Of a stretch of DNA of 64,000 nucleotides, positions 49,502 to 59,681 are shown in pieces. The DNA comes from a virus. The notes under the pieces were generated by a model. It saw nothing but the letters and a program-made list of their open reading frames with translations. It did no database searches and was not told the DNA's origin. The stretch covers positions 12,294 through 76,293 of IMG/VR virus record IMGVR_UViG_3300028030_000011; one strand, written 5' to 3'. Made by a program: the position numbers and the translations under genes. Positions within the stretch are counted from its first letter, which is position 1. Each line of letters opens with the position of its first letter.

Positions 49502-50842
49502 TTATGAGTTAACCCAATCAGCATCAGCTTCTAAATTTGTTATTGGATTATTTGCAATTGTTATAGCTTCCCACTCAGGAGTTACGTTAGCTCCTTTTGA
49601 TGTTAGCACCTCATTATTATTTCCTACGGAACTATTAACTGATAATCCATTCTCTGATAGTATTGTAACCAATCCAGTATTGTCAACTTTTACATTTGCT
49701 GTTTTACCATTACCAGAAGATTCAATGTCAGTAAATGTATCATTTAACCTAATTCTACCATTAGTTTCTTCAAATTCTAAACTATGACCATTGAGCGTCA
49801 ATGTTCTATCACTTGTCAAAGTTCCATCTTGTGTGTATAAATTAGCAGAAGATGATATATTCTCCCATGTATACACACCTGCTGTAGCACCTGCTGTAAG
49901 CACTTTACCACCATTGTTTGTACCATTTGCTGGTACATGAAGATTCCCATCTCCACTTGGATGAGTATAGTTGTTTGCATTACTGTCAATACTGTCTAGC
50001 TTTGTCTTATCAGTACCAGACATTAGACCAGCTTCTGTTGTTGTAGCTTGTGGTAATATAACAACATTGCCTGTACTAGAATCAATGCTAAAACTAGTAG
50101 ATGTTTTATTTGTTACTGATAGATTTGTATCTCTTTCAGGATTATCCATTGGAATAAAATTAGTTCCATTCCAAACTAATAATTGACCATTTTGAATAGG
50201 ATTTGTTGCAATATCAACATCAGGGAGAGAACCTATACCTTGCTCATTTTCATCAACATGAACCACACCATTCACATCTATACTTAATCCATTCCCAATT
50301 TTTATACCACCTAAAGTAGAATTATTTGCAGTAGGCAATGAGTAATTATTTGCTCCAGATTCAATATTGTTAAGCTTTGTCTTTTCAGTTGTTGTGTAGT
50401 CTTCTGTAGATAAACCCTTACCAACAACCTTATCTACTTTTATTTCATTGATATGTTTACCCATGTGTGCTGACAATGCATCTGTTGTTGCGTCAGATGT
50501 TAAAGAGTCTTCAATGTTTACTGTATTTGGATTAAACCCACCAGTAAAGCTAGAGCCACCATCATCAGTTTCAAGATATTCAATAAGTACAGAACGTTTA
50601 TAATCTGTATTTAAATGATATACAAAGAAATCTCCTGCAGTTAATATAACTTGGTCTTTATAATCTAATTTATGGTCTACATCTACATCATGAATATATA
50701 AATTTAATGATTTGTTGCTATCACTAATGTATAACGCACCTAAAGTTGGTTCATTGTTTGTAATGGAAGCATTCTTCCCAGATGGGACTACTAATTGTTC
50801 TTTTACTCCTGCATAAGGAATTATTTTTGTTTTTCTTATCAT
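49502..50842 (-). CDS. tail fiber-like protein
   Basis: GKGLSTEDYT..EK.KL, LGGIKIG, AGLMS..DK.KL, YTHP. Confidence 0.7.
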   Translation of the reverse strand: MIRKTKIIPYAGVKEQLVVPSGKNASITNNEPTLGALYISDSNKSLNLYIHDVDVDHKLDYKDQVILTAGDFFVYHLNTDYKRSVLIEYLETDDGGSSFTGGFNPNTVNIEDSLTSDATTDALSAHMGKHINEIKVDKVVGKGLSTEDYTTTEKTKLNNIESGANNYSLPTANNSTLGGIKIGNGLSIDVNGVVHVDENEQGIGSLPDVDIATNPIQNGQLLVWNGTNFIPMDNPERDTNLSVTNKTSTSFSIDSSTGNVVILPQATTTEAGLMSGTDKTKLDSIDSNANNYTHPSGDGNLHVPANGTNNGGKVLTAGATAGVYTWENISSSANLYTQDGTLTSDRTLTLNGHSLEFEETNGRIRLNDTFTDIESSGNGKTANVKVDNTGLVTILSENGLSVNSSVGNNNEVLTSKGANVTPEWEAITIANNPITNLEADADWVNS

Positions 50843-53265
50843 ACTATTTTACCTACCATACTAATTGTATTTTGTCTATTATTGGCTAATGTAGCTGTTG
50901 CTTCTAAACATAATATCGTACCTGTTTCTATATTGTTATCTAATGATATGTTAAAAGAGTGCGTTGCAATATCTCCTTGATAAGAATACTCATCGCCTAA
51001 TAACATGTTTGTAATTTTTAAATCCATTGAAACTAAAGAAGATACTCCGTTAATTGATGTGAATAATGTTTTTAATATTGAAGCTCCTCTATGTATTAGA
51101 ACAATAGGAACATTGTTAATCATTTCAATTGTAAACCCATCAGTTATAAAAAATATAATAGGAGATGGTTTATCATAGATTGTAAAGTTATTTTTATCCT
51201 TAATTATACTATATGTACCATTAGTGTTATGAGCTAGTATGCTGATGCCATTTTCCTCAATATTAATCGTATCAGATACATAGTTATTTATATCAATCAT
51301 CAATTCATTTTTACTACCTATATTATCTATGTATGTATTTGTGTTATCACCAGATGATGTATAAACGTTACCTCTAAGAGTTCTTAATTCAACTTCTGAA
51401 CCATCTGATAAAACCCTTAGTGTATCAATTGGTTGTTCATATTTTTCATATATAACAATAATATTTTGCTCTGTAAATGATAATTGATTCTTATTCGTGA
51501 GTTTCAAGTCAATAGTTACAAGATTTTGATTCAAGGTGTTATCAGCTACTAATACAGATAAGTTTACATTGAAATTCGATAGTGGATTTGCTAATGTTTC
51601 ACTATAAATAGTTTGACCATCTTTATCTTTAACTGTAACTTCTTTTGATGTAATGTAATGGTCAATATTTAATGGAATTGTTAATCCATTTAATGGTGTT
51701 ATCTCTATTGAGTCAATAAATGTATCAAAATCAATAGAATAATTTTCTGTATCATATACCAACTTATGCTCATTATCATTATAGCTGTTCATTGTATTTC
51801 TAATAGTTGCTGATGCTGTATATGTGTAAGGAATAGAATTAGGATAATCTTCTATAGTTATGTCATTTAACAATTCAAGTTCACTTCCACCTAAGAAGAA
51901 TTTAGCAGTATATCTTTTTGTTTGAGATAGTAATTCAATACTGTCTGTAACATTAGTATTCATTGGATAAGTATGTAGTATATTATCTGAATCATCTACC
52001 AAATATATCTGATAATCATCATAATTAAATATGATTCCATTTTTAAGTTTTACGATATACTCAACATCTGTATATACAATTGATGAATATTGTCCTTGCT
52101 CAAATATCAACTCATTACCATCATTATTTATTTTACCATTGAAAACTTCTCTTGTTATCATCGGTGAACCACACCCCTGATATTGCATAACAACAGAGTT
52201 TACATTGTTTGTAAAACCTGTACTCATAATTGTTACATGTGGTGCATTATTGAAACCTTCATCCCAATAGTCAGCACCTTCATCCGTATATGTATCATCA
52301 CCAGATAAAAATATGACACTATCTCCATTTAGTGTTAAATGTGGAATAATACCCTGCGTATATGGTGAAACCAAAATAGGAGCTTCTATAGTAGACACAA
52401 ATGAAGAACGACTATAATTTGCATCAGGAATTATTTCAACTTCAATTGAAGCAAACTTTACATCAGATAGACTTAATGATGCATCAATATTACGAATACT
52501 ATAATCAAGTATATATACATCAAAAGAGTTTATATATTTTGATATATATTGAGAAGAGTACAAATTATCATTGCCATCAATTATTGCATATCTATACCTT
52601 ACATGAAATCCTAAATATATACCATTATACATGTGAACTTCTAACATGGCATCATCAACAATACAGGCATTCTTTTGTCTAATAATTGATGTTATTGTTT
52701 GAGCAGGGTCATCTACTGATGGGTCTTCACTCCAATTATTATGATTTCCACTATATGTACTACCACTACCACTACCACTACTACCACTACTACCACTACC
52801 ATGATTAATTGTAGTCCACATTTCGTTTGTTGGGTCTTTCCACCCAATACCTGTTGTTGATTGGCTTATCCATCCTGTACCAGCTTCACTATGATTATCA
52901 TATTCATTTGATGATTCTTCTTCTCCATTACCTACACTTGCTGTAAAGTTTATAGGTATTGGAACGAAATCTACAACAACAGGAGTATGAGTACACTCTG
53001 AACCACTTGCACAAGATAGCCCATCCATTTGTTCCCATGTTATAGTTATACTACTTGTTGTATTGTTTAGGATATAAAATTTTATAAGTTCATTATAGTT
53101 TGGAAACTCATTAGATATTTCACTTATATTTTTCCAATCTTTAAAATTTCCATCCCATCTACCATGAAAACTGTAATAAATATCATCTGTTATAGTTGGA
53201 ACAGTAATTGATTCTGTTCCAACAATATAACCTATATTTTTAGAATTAATTATTCGCTCAGCCAT
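50839..53265 (-). CDS. large virion/tail-associated protein with Ig-like segment
   Basis: Gly-Ser linker; P.LTLNGD....YTDEGA Ig-like motif; in tail cluster. Confidence 0.5.
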   Translation of the reverse strand: MAERIINSKNIGYIVGTESITVPTITDDIYYSFHGRWDGNFKDWKNISEISNEFPNYNELIKFYILNNTTSSITITWEQMDGLSCASGSECTHTPVVVDFVPIPINFTASVGNGEEESSNEYDNHSEAGTGWISQSTTGIGWKDPTNEMWTTINHGSGSSGSSGSGSGSTYSGNHNNWSEDPSVDDPAQTITSIIRQKNACIVDDAMLEVHMYNGIYLGFHVRYRYAIIDGNDNLYSSQYISKYINSFDVYILDYSIRNIDASLSLSDVKFASIEVEIIPDANYSRSSFVSTIEAPILVSPYTQGIIPHLTLNGDSVIFLSGDDTYTDEGADYWDEGFNNAPHVTIMSTGFTNNVNSVVMQYQGCGSPMITREVFNGKINNDGNELIFEQGQYSSIVYTDVEYIVKLKNGIIFNYDDYQIYLVDDSDNILHTYPMNTNVTDSIELLSQTKRYTAKFFLGGSELELLNDITIEDYPNSIPYTYTASATIRNTMNSYNDNEHKLVYDTENYSIDFDTFIDSIEITPLNGLTIPLNIDHYITSKEVTVKDKDGQTIYSETLANPLSNFNVNLSVLVADNTLNQNLVTIDLKLTNKNQLSFTEQNIIVIYEKYEQPIDTLRVLSDGSEVELRTLRGNVYTSSGDNTNTYIDNIGSKNELMIDINNYVSDTINIEENGISILAHNTNGTYSIIKDKNNFTIYDKPSPIIFFITDGFTIEMINNVPIVLIHRGASILKTLFTSINGVSSLVSMDLKITNMLLGDEYSYQGDIATHSFNISLDNNIETGTILCLEATATLANNRQNTISMVGKIV
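52758..52800. repeat. ACCACT(ACT) microsatellite encoding a Gly-Ser linker
   Basis: GSGSSGSSGSGSGS in the 808-aa ORF. Confidence 0.8.
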
Positions 53266-53567
53266 TAATTACATCCAGTATCGAAGTCTATAGTTATTTC
53301 ATCTACTATCTCATCATCATATTGTAAATTCAAAGATGTAGTGCCGTAGTTGTAAAAAAAAATAGTAGTCAATGGCATTACAATAAGAAAATTTTCATTA
53401 ATTGAATTTGTTTTTACCCATCTTATTAAATCACCACTATTTTTCAATATACCATGTAGACTATAATATAATGTAGCAAAAGAGTCTAACCCTATGAATT
53501 TACTTTTCTTCTCACAAAATATTTTAACTTTTGCTTTAGCATCTATTGTTACAGTCTGTATAGCCAT
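53265..53567 (-). CDS. hypothetical virion protein
   Basis: Coupled ORF in tail cluster. Confidence 0.5.
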   Translation of the reverse strand: MAIQTVTIDAKAKVKIFCEKKSKFIGLDSFATLYYSLHGILKNSGDLIRWVKTNSINENFLIVMPLTTIFFYNYGTTSLNLQYDDEIVDEITIDFDTGCN

Positions 53568-54202
53568 TATACAAAACCTTTTTTCTGAATAGGAGTATCT
53601 CTATATATTAACATATTCTCCTTATCTTCATTGTGCGATTTCTTCTTAAGCTCAATTACAGCTCTATCATACTCTCCTTTATGCCATTGAGCAGTATCAT
53701 AATCTTTCCATCCTAGCAATGTGTACGACAGGTATGCCATATAGTTAAGTATTGGAGTAATATACTGATTTTTAAGTAATGTAGTTGCTGCATCAAGAGA
53801 ATCAATATCTAATGCTTGTAACTGAACCAGTCTCACATAATCAACTTCTAAATATCTTTTTATATGTAAATTCAATTCCGTATCACTTGTTTTTTCAATA
53901 TAAAAATCTTTATTTCTCTTATCATTTAACAATAGATATTTTACTTTTGGAATTTCATCTATCAACGTAGTCTTATATACAACTTCTATTTTAAGAGGTG
54001 TAATCATCTCATCAGATACTGTAATGGTTGTATTTATTGAATTTATAGCTGTATCAGTAGATAATATTCCTAACTCTAAGTCCAGCCATAATTGATTTAA
54101 ACATATTTCTACCAATGACAATAGTTCAGCATCTGACAAATCAGTATTCATTGTTCTTGAAGCTAATTTTATATAATCAATCATTTTACTTAGAAGAATC
54201 AT
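53567..54202 (-). CDS. head-tail adaptor-like protein (N4 gp67 position)
   Basis: Follows TerL; ILNYMAY and terminal KKGFV. Confidence 0.6.
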   Translation of the reverse strand: MILLSKMIDYIKLASRTMNTDLSDAELLSLVEICLNQLWLDLELGILSTDTAINSINTTITVSDEMITPLKIEVVYKTTLIDEIPKVKYLLLNDKRNKDFYIEKTSDTELNLHIKRYLEVDYVRLVQLQALDIDSLDAATTLLKNQYITPILNYMAYLSYTLLGWKDYDTAQWHKGEYDRAVIELKKKSHNEDKENMLIYRDTPIQKKGFV

Positions 54203-54211
54203 TATTTTCCT

Positions 54212-55870
54212 TTATACAATATATGAATTTCTACTCATTCTGTCTTCATGTATCATATCATTATTATGATTAAATACTCTCTGTCTATTTGCAACGACTG
54301 TTGCAATATCATCTTCTGAATCTCCGACTCTACTTTCATAATAAGGACGAACCAAAGTTAACCAATCTATTTGTGATATACAATCACATCCATCATCAAA
54401 CTCACTACTGAATCCACCTCTTTTTGTAACACCATTAAGCTCTTCTTCTAATTCTATTCTCCACTCCAACCCTTTTTCTTCATATGTAAACCAAAATTTA
54501 CCAGCTTGTATTTTAGGCACAACAACCATAAATCTAGTAAGTTTATTAATAGTAGATGGTACTTGAACGATTGTAAAAAATACATCTCTTTGAACCATCT
54601 CTCTCTCTAGCCAAGATACAAACCCACCTTGTTGACCACTTGTTTCTATTCCTACTTCTAATGGTTTATATTTCTCTACAAGTTCAAATAGGTAATCAAT
54701 ATTATAGGTCATAAGATTATGCCCACACATTCCATCTACAATAAATAGATTATTGTTATCATCATAAGCCCATACAAGTATAAATGATAAATCACCTTGG
54801 TCTTTATCTTTAGTTGCAAAGTCAGTTGTTATATAAAAATTATAAGCTTCTCTGTTAGCCATAATGTCAGACTTATGTATTCTCTTAAAGTCTCTATCTG
54901 TATCAATAACTCTAAGCTTATCTCCATCAACTGATAACATCATCTCTTGATAGAATCCTTCTAAAGTCATTCCACCCTCATCTTCATCTTCATCTTGCTC
55001 ACTAGTAAGCATTTCACTATTATTCTCAGCATCAGAATACATATCTAGTATATCATCATAACTAAACCTATCCTCCCAAGCACCTCTAAAATCCTCTCTA
55101 GTACATGGAAACTTCTCACATATAGGTAAGATAAGATTAGAGAAATTTCCACTTTGAACAGCTTGTGATACAATACATTTATCATGAAATGGAGTACCAA
55201 GAAGAAATACTTTTTTTCTCTTTGGGTGCATAGCAAACTTAATAGCTTTAAATACGGTATTTCTAATATTTCTAAGCTTGGCAGGAGATACGGCATTCTT
55301 ATCATTTAGAACATCATCAATAATCGCTACAACAGGTCTTTTGTTCTTCTCTCTACCACCTCTAATACCACTTTCAGCACCATAACATCTTACTATAAGT
55401 GATTTACCATCAGCGTTCTCCATAGACCATCTAGTTTCATTGAATTTGCATTTAGGTAGATACTCTTTCAAGAACTCACTACTTTCATAAGTAAACCTCA
55501 TAGCTTCTGTCATAGTTCTTACACCATTTTCAACAGTATCAGATATATACATCATAAAGTCAACTGAACCAATTGTAGGAAGTTCACCAAATATAGCAAC
55601 GTAAAAAAATAAGTTTTGTACAAAAGTAGATTTAGCCATACCTCTTGCTGCAACTACACAACTATCTTGCTTTGAATAAAACTCATCAAACATCTGATAA
55701 TGAGCCACAGGAGTTTCATTCTCCATCTCTCCATAAATAAGCTTATTTAGATTAACATATTGTAATGCCTCAGTAGATGGAACATAGTTTTTATATTCAT
55801 CACCATATCTAACACTCTTTACAAGTTGTGATAGTTTAGGTCTTCTTTTTCTTATTGGTAATTCACTCAT
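54212..55870 (-). CDS. terL: terminase large subunit
   Basis: ARGMAKST, GIRG, IIDD, LGTPF, TTDFAT, VGIE.SGQQGGF, DDGCD. Confidence 0.92.
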   Translation of the reverse strand: MSELPIRKRRPKLSQLVKSVRYGDEYKNYVPSTEALQYVNLNKLIYGEMENETPVAHYQMFDEFYSKQDSCVVAARGMAKSTFVQNLFFYVAIFGELPTIGSVDFMMYISDTVENGVRTMTEAMRFTYESSEFLKEYLPKCKFNETRWSMENADGKSLIVRCYGAESGIRGGREKNKRPVVAIIDDVLNDKNAVSPAKLRNIRNTVFKAIKFAMHPKRKKVFLLGTPFHDKCIVSQAVQSGNFSNLILPICEKFPCTREDFRGAWEDRFSYDDILDMYSDAENNSEMLTSEQDEDEDEGGMTLEGFYQEMMLSVDGDKLRVIDTDRDFKRIHKSDIMANREAYNFYITTDFATKDKDQGDLSFILVWAYDDNNNLFIVDGMCGHNLMTYNIDYLFELVEKYKPLEVGIETSGQQGGFVSWLEREMVQRDVFFTIVQVPSTINKLTRFMVVVPKIQAGKFWFTYEEKGLEWRIELEEELNGVTKRGGFSSEFDDGCDCISQIDWLTLVRPYYESRVGDSEDDIATVVANRQRVFNHNNDMIHEDRMSRNSYIV

Positions 55871-56639
55871 TATCTACAATCTTTACATCTATTGCTTGAA
55901 CAGTAAGCCCATCATCTTTCATCTTTTGTTGACCAACAGCAGACAACTCAGCTAACATAGTTGTTAGTTTGCTAACAGTTCCCTCATCATCTTTCATTGT
56001 ATGGGTAACATCTTGTTTGATTAATAACTCTTTTGGTGGTTGTAGATATTCAAGAAGAGTCTTAGCACTCTCCATTTGTATTCTTTCGCTTTGTGATTCA
56101 TTCATTAACGTATCTAGCCTACTAATAGCATTTTGAGCAATATTGGAATTATGGATATATAGTGGTGTATGACTTCTTTGAACCACAGATGTAACTAGAT
56201 TACCATTCTTATACGAGTTTACTCTTGTATGTATTTTTCCTCTAATTGTTTCATCAGTTATACCTGTTTTCTTCCATTTCTTGTAAAGCTTATTATATCT
56301 TTCAGGAAATGTAAATTTCCAAGCATCAATAGGGTGTATACCCATCATTGAGAAACTAACATATTTACAAGCATCAAGATATTGTCTAACGCTATATCTT
56401 CCAGTAGATAATAGTAAATCTTGATTAGTTATAAATTTATCAATAATGTTATCTCTGATTCTTTCATCACTATGAACCAGTTCTACTACTACCTCATTAA
56501 AAGTATCTCTATCTTGTATTTTTGATTGTATATTATCTTTTACATATTGAGCAACATCATTATCGCTATAGCCTTGCAAAGACTCTAATTGTTTAGTTAT
56601 AGCATTGCTAATTTCATCATTAGTTACTTCACTATCCAT
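55863..56639 (-). CDS. N4 gp69-like protein (putative terminase small subunit)
   Basis: YLDACKYVS..MMG, TFPERY, SERIQ..A..LL..L.PP; RBS supports start at 56639. Confidence 0.7.
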   Translation of the reverse strand: MDSEVTNDEISNAITKQLESLQGYSDNDVAQYVKDNIQSKIQDRDTFNEVVVELVHSDERIRDNIIDKFITNQDLLLSTGRYSVRQYLDACKYVSFSMMGIHPIDAWKFTFPERYNKLYKKWKKTGITDETIRGKIHTRVNSYKNGNLVTSVVQRSHTPLYIHNSNIAQNAISRLDTLMNESQSERIQMESAKTLLEYLQPPKELLIKQDVTHTMKDDEGTVSKLTTMLAELSAVGQQKMKDDGLTVQAIDVKIVDNE

Positions 56640-56687
56640 TATTGTTTCCTTTTTGAGAATATTTACTTTCTTTAATATCATATCTAA

Positions 56688-56831
56688 CCTAACAAAGAAT
56701 AAGAAAAAAAGTTTGCCTTATATTTTATACCCACAATTTTCTATTCGTGAGCTAAAGCTCACTCATATAAAATCCAGCTTCGTATGTGGGTATAAAATAT
56801 AAGTTTGCCTTTTTTCTTATTCTTTGTTAGG
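56688..56831. repeat. 144-bp nested inverted repeat
   Basis: About 22-bp and 19-bp perfect arms plus inner GTGAGCT/AGCTCAC. Confidence 0.85.
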
Positions 56832-56857
56832 CTATTGCCTAGGAGTATGAGTTTGTA

Positions 56858-57097
56858 TTATGCTAAAATTTTCTCTAACATTGTTCGTATATTTTTATAT
56901 ACTCTACCTTTAACTCTACTCTTTGTAACTTCTGTAACATCTATAAATTCTGTTTTAAGAAATTTACCTTTAGCAGTTATTCTAGTTAATTCAGTAACAT
57001 TATTACCTGTATATTCTGTAAACTCTAATATCTTTGTTAAATCATTACTGTATATACTAAATACACCTTTACGTTTATCAACTAATCTCATTATCAT
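56858..57097 (-). CDS. hypothetical protein
   Basis: 79-aa ORF with AAGGA RBS. Confidence 0.5.
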   Translation of the reverse strand: MIMRLVDKRKGVFSIYSNDLTKILEFTEYTGNNVTELTRITAKGKFLKTEFIDVTEVTKSRVKGRVYKNIRTMLEKILA

Positions 57098-57147
57098 TCC
57101 TTTTTTCTATTATAACTGTTTTTCTTGATTTAAATCAAGTTTTGCTT

Positions 57148-57474
57148 TTAGCTCTTGATAAAATTCTTTTTCACTTCATCTAAATATCTTTTATGCATAT
57201 AATCTAAATCATGTTTCAATAATGTTATATCCCATCTTTGATAGATGATATTTTTTATGTGTTGTTTTTCTAAGTTAGGAGCAGAATAGTACAAGCTATC
57301 CACATATTTCTTTACATAAGCACATAAATCCTTTAGAATCATTGGTTCTAATTCCATAATTGTTTCATAGGCAGTCCAAAGTATTGAACTTTTGTAAGAA
57401 CCATCTTCATTAGTTGCAACAGACCTTCTATCTATTTTATATTTCTTTGTGTTAAAATCATAAGTTTTAGCCAT
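57148..57474 (-). CDS. hypothetical protein
   Basis: 108-aa ORF with AAGGA RBS. Confidence 0.55.
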   Translation of the reverse strand: MAKTYDFNTKKYKIDRRSVATNEDGSYKSSILWTAYETIMELEPMILKDLCAYVKKYVDSLYYSAPNLEKQHIKNIIYQRWDITLLKHDLDYMHKRYLDEVKKNFIKS

Positions 57475-57485
57475 TTCATTTCCTT

Positions 57486-57998
57486 CTATATTAAATCTTT
57501 ATCTACCATCTCTTTTACAGAATCTTTTAGTCCAACTTTTATTAATGAATCGTTTGGTTCATTATTCCATTCAGCTTGAAGAACTTCTACTTTAGCTCTA
57601 TATGGTACAAAATGAAATGGATTCATACTATAGCTACCATCTTCATTTTTTCTAATAAACTCTTCAAGTCTCATTCTCTTCATTAACTTAGCTATAGCAC
57701 CTCTTGGAACACTAAGCTCTTTTGCTAATCTACTTTGATTTATGTCTATTTTATTTTTAGTATGAGTAAACATATCTCTTATATATATAAACATTTCAAC
57801 ATCTCTAATTGATTTACAGCTCTTTAACATTGCTTGGTCATATCTAGTCCTGTATATCATGCTCCATCCTCCTGCTATCTTTTTCTTTTTCTTCTTTTCT
57901 TTATGAATAAAATCTTTCTCTTCATATTCTCCTGTCTCTTCATTTAAGACTTTCTTTGCTATAATTAACTCACTAGAAATTACTTCTTCATATATCAA
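57486..57998 (-). CDS. RepL-like winged-helix protein
   Basis: INQSRLAKELSV..G.I...MKRM....FI......YSMNP; TTG start with AAGGAG RBS. Confidence 0.6.
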   Translation of the reverse strand: MIYEEVISSELIIAKKVLNEETGEYEEKDFIHKEKKKKKKIAGGWSMIYRTRYDQAMLKSCKSIRDVEMFIYIRDMFTHTKNKIDINQSRLAKELSVPRGAIAKLMKRMRLEEFIRKNEDGSYSMNPFHFVPYRAKVEVLQAEWNNEPNDSLIKVGLKDSVKEMVDKDLI

Positions 57999-58035
57999 CT
58001 TATACTCCTTGATATTCCTTCATTTTTTATACATA

Positions 58036-58081
58036 AATATTGTACCACTACACGATACAATATTGTATCACTACATGATAC
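58036..58081. repeat. 2 x 23-bp tandem repeat upstream of RepL-like gene
   Basis: AATATTGTACCACTACACGATAC / AATATTGTATCACTACATGATAC. Confidence 0.8.
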
Positions 58082-58233
58082 AGCATAAAACCTTTCAAAT
58101 ACATTATATTATGGGCTTTATAGCTATTCCACTTTCAAACGCCTATATAATACTATAAGCTACTTCGTAATTTAACATTGAAATGTTCCTTTGGAAAATA
58201 ATGTATCAAAAGACATACATTGCATAGAAGAGA

Positions 58234-58329
58234 GAGCCTACAAACACCTCAAATCTTATGTTACTATAATCTTTAGATGAACCACATAAATATGGACTCA
58301 TCTGAGGTTTGTAGGCTCATCTAAAGATT
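58234..58329 (-). ncRNA. structured leader RNA upstream of RepL-like gene
   Basis: Stem 58268-58282/58315-58329; 58303-58318 complementary to 58234-58251 with a 2-nt bulge. Confidence 0.55.
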
Positions 58330-58349
58330 TGGTAGAAATTCCTTAGGGA

Positions 58350-58378
58350 ATTTTACCATTTTGAAGTTTAAAAGTCAA
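58350..58378 (-). promoter_or_regulatory. sigma70 promoter TTGACT-17-TAAAAT
   Basis: Near-consensus hexamers, 17-bp spacer, TG extension. Confidence 0.65.
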
Positions 58379-58652
58379 GTGCTTAAGAAAACATTAAGAA
58401 TCCGATTTATCAAATTGTATTCTGTATATGGAATAGCTAAGCCTCTTTAAGTTTCATTTAAGATTTCAATTTTAGTTAACCTATTTTACATATGAAATAG
58501 CTAAGCCTAAGATGTGGGTAATCAATCTCGATAACCCCCCCATTAGCTTTAGTGGTGACCCTTTAGCTTATTCTATGGTGGTTCAATAGTTGTCACCTAA
58601 TCTTAGCTATAGCTCTATGGCTAGACTATAGCTTTATATCTTGAAAGGATAT

Positions 58653-59033
58653 ATGATGCCAAATACTAACAATACTTCTAACAGAACTCGTAAACCTCTT
58701 GGACTTGGAGAAGCTATCTCTACTATTACCATCGACTTACCAATGGAACTAGTAACAGGAGCTATTGACCTTACCAAAGGAATAAAGAACCAAGGTTATA
58801 AAGTTGGAGATTTAGTTGACAATGGTTTAACTGAATTATGTGACAGAGGAAACTCTTACATAAAGAAAGCTAAAGCAAATAGACTAATCAAAGAGGGAAT
58901 AGAGAAAAAGTATGCTGATGTTCATGCTCAATATATAGAAGCTGAATATGAAGAAATGTTAAGAGAGACGTATAAAGAGTATCTCGAACCAACAAAAGAA
59001 GAAAACATCTTAGTCAATAACAACAACTCGTAA
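58653..59033 (+). CDS. hypothetical early protein
   Basis: AAAGGA RBS before ATGATG. Confidence 0.55.
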   Translation: MMPNTNNTSNRTRKPLGLGEAISTITIDLPMELVTGAIDLTKGIKNQGYKVGDLVDNGLTELCDRGNSYIKKAKANRLIKEGIEKKYADVHAQYIEAEYEEMLRETYKEYLEPTKEENILVNNNNS

Positions 59034-59311
59034 CAAAGTGGTTCACGATGGTTATATAAATAGCTATTTTGAACCACTCTGTTATTGATGTAATCATTAG
59101 GAATCTAATAACAATATGTGCATTCATTAGGCATATAATCTTCATAAAAGATAGTGGAGTCATCAGAACCATATCAACATCATTATGCACTTATCGAATT
59201 GGTTCAATAGTCAATGAACCACATCTATTTAGCTCTCACAATCAATTAAGATAGTGGCTCTAATTCTCTTACATATATATAAGAGATTCTCATCATATTT
59301 TACTATGTTTC

Positions 59312-59377
59312 AACCTTTAGTGTAAGTGACTCAACTAACCTTTAGTGTAAGTGACTCATAGTGTAAGTGACTCAACT
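59312..59377. repeat. 3 x TAGTGTAAGTGACTCA direct repeat (iteron-like)
   Basis: Copies at 59318, 59343 and 59359. Confidence 0.85.
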
Positions 59378-59681
59378 ATAAAACGGTTAATGAACGGTTA
59401 ACAGGTATAAGTAAAAGTAATACTGAAAGTCGTTTGAAGCCCGAGATTTAGGGATTTGTAATTGCTTAAAAAATGGGCAATAAATTTTTCAAAATTTCAT
59501 CAAACCTAATCCCCAAATCCCTTATAACGTAATCGTAGATTACATTATAACTTTAGATTCCCATTCTGTCAAGTCTCTATTCAATTCAGTACCATCAATT
59601 GGTATTGAGTTGAGTAGATAACTACTCAAAGCTGTCTATGGCTCTCATAGACTATATTACGGCAATTAGAAAGGATAAACT

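Noticed and set aside
59312-59377. Mini-CRISPR array
   Set aside because: The 16-bp repeats are separated by only 0-9 nt, with no unique spacers
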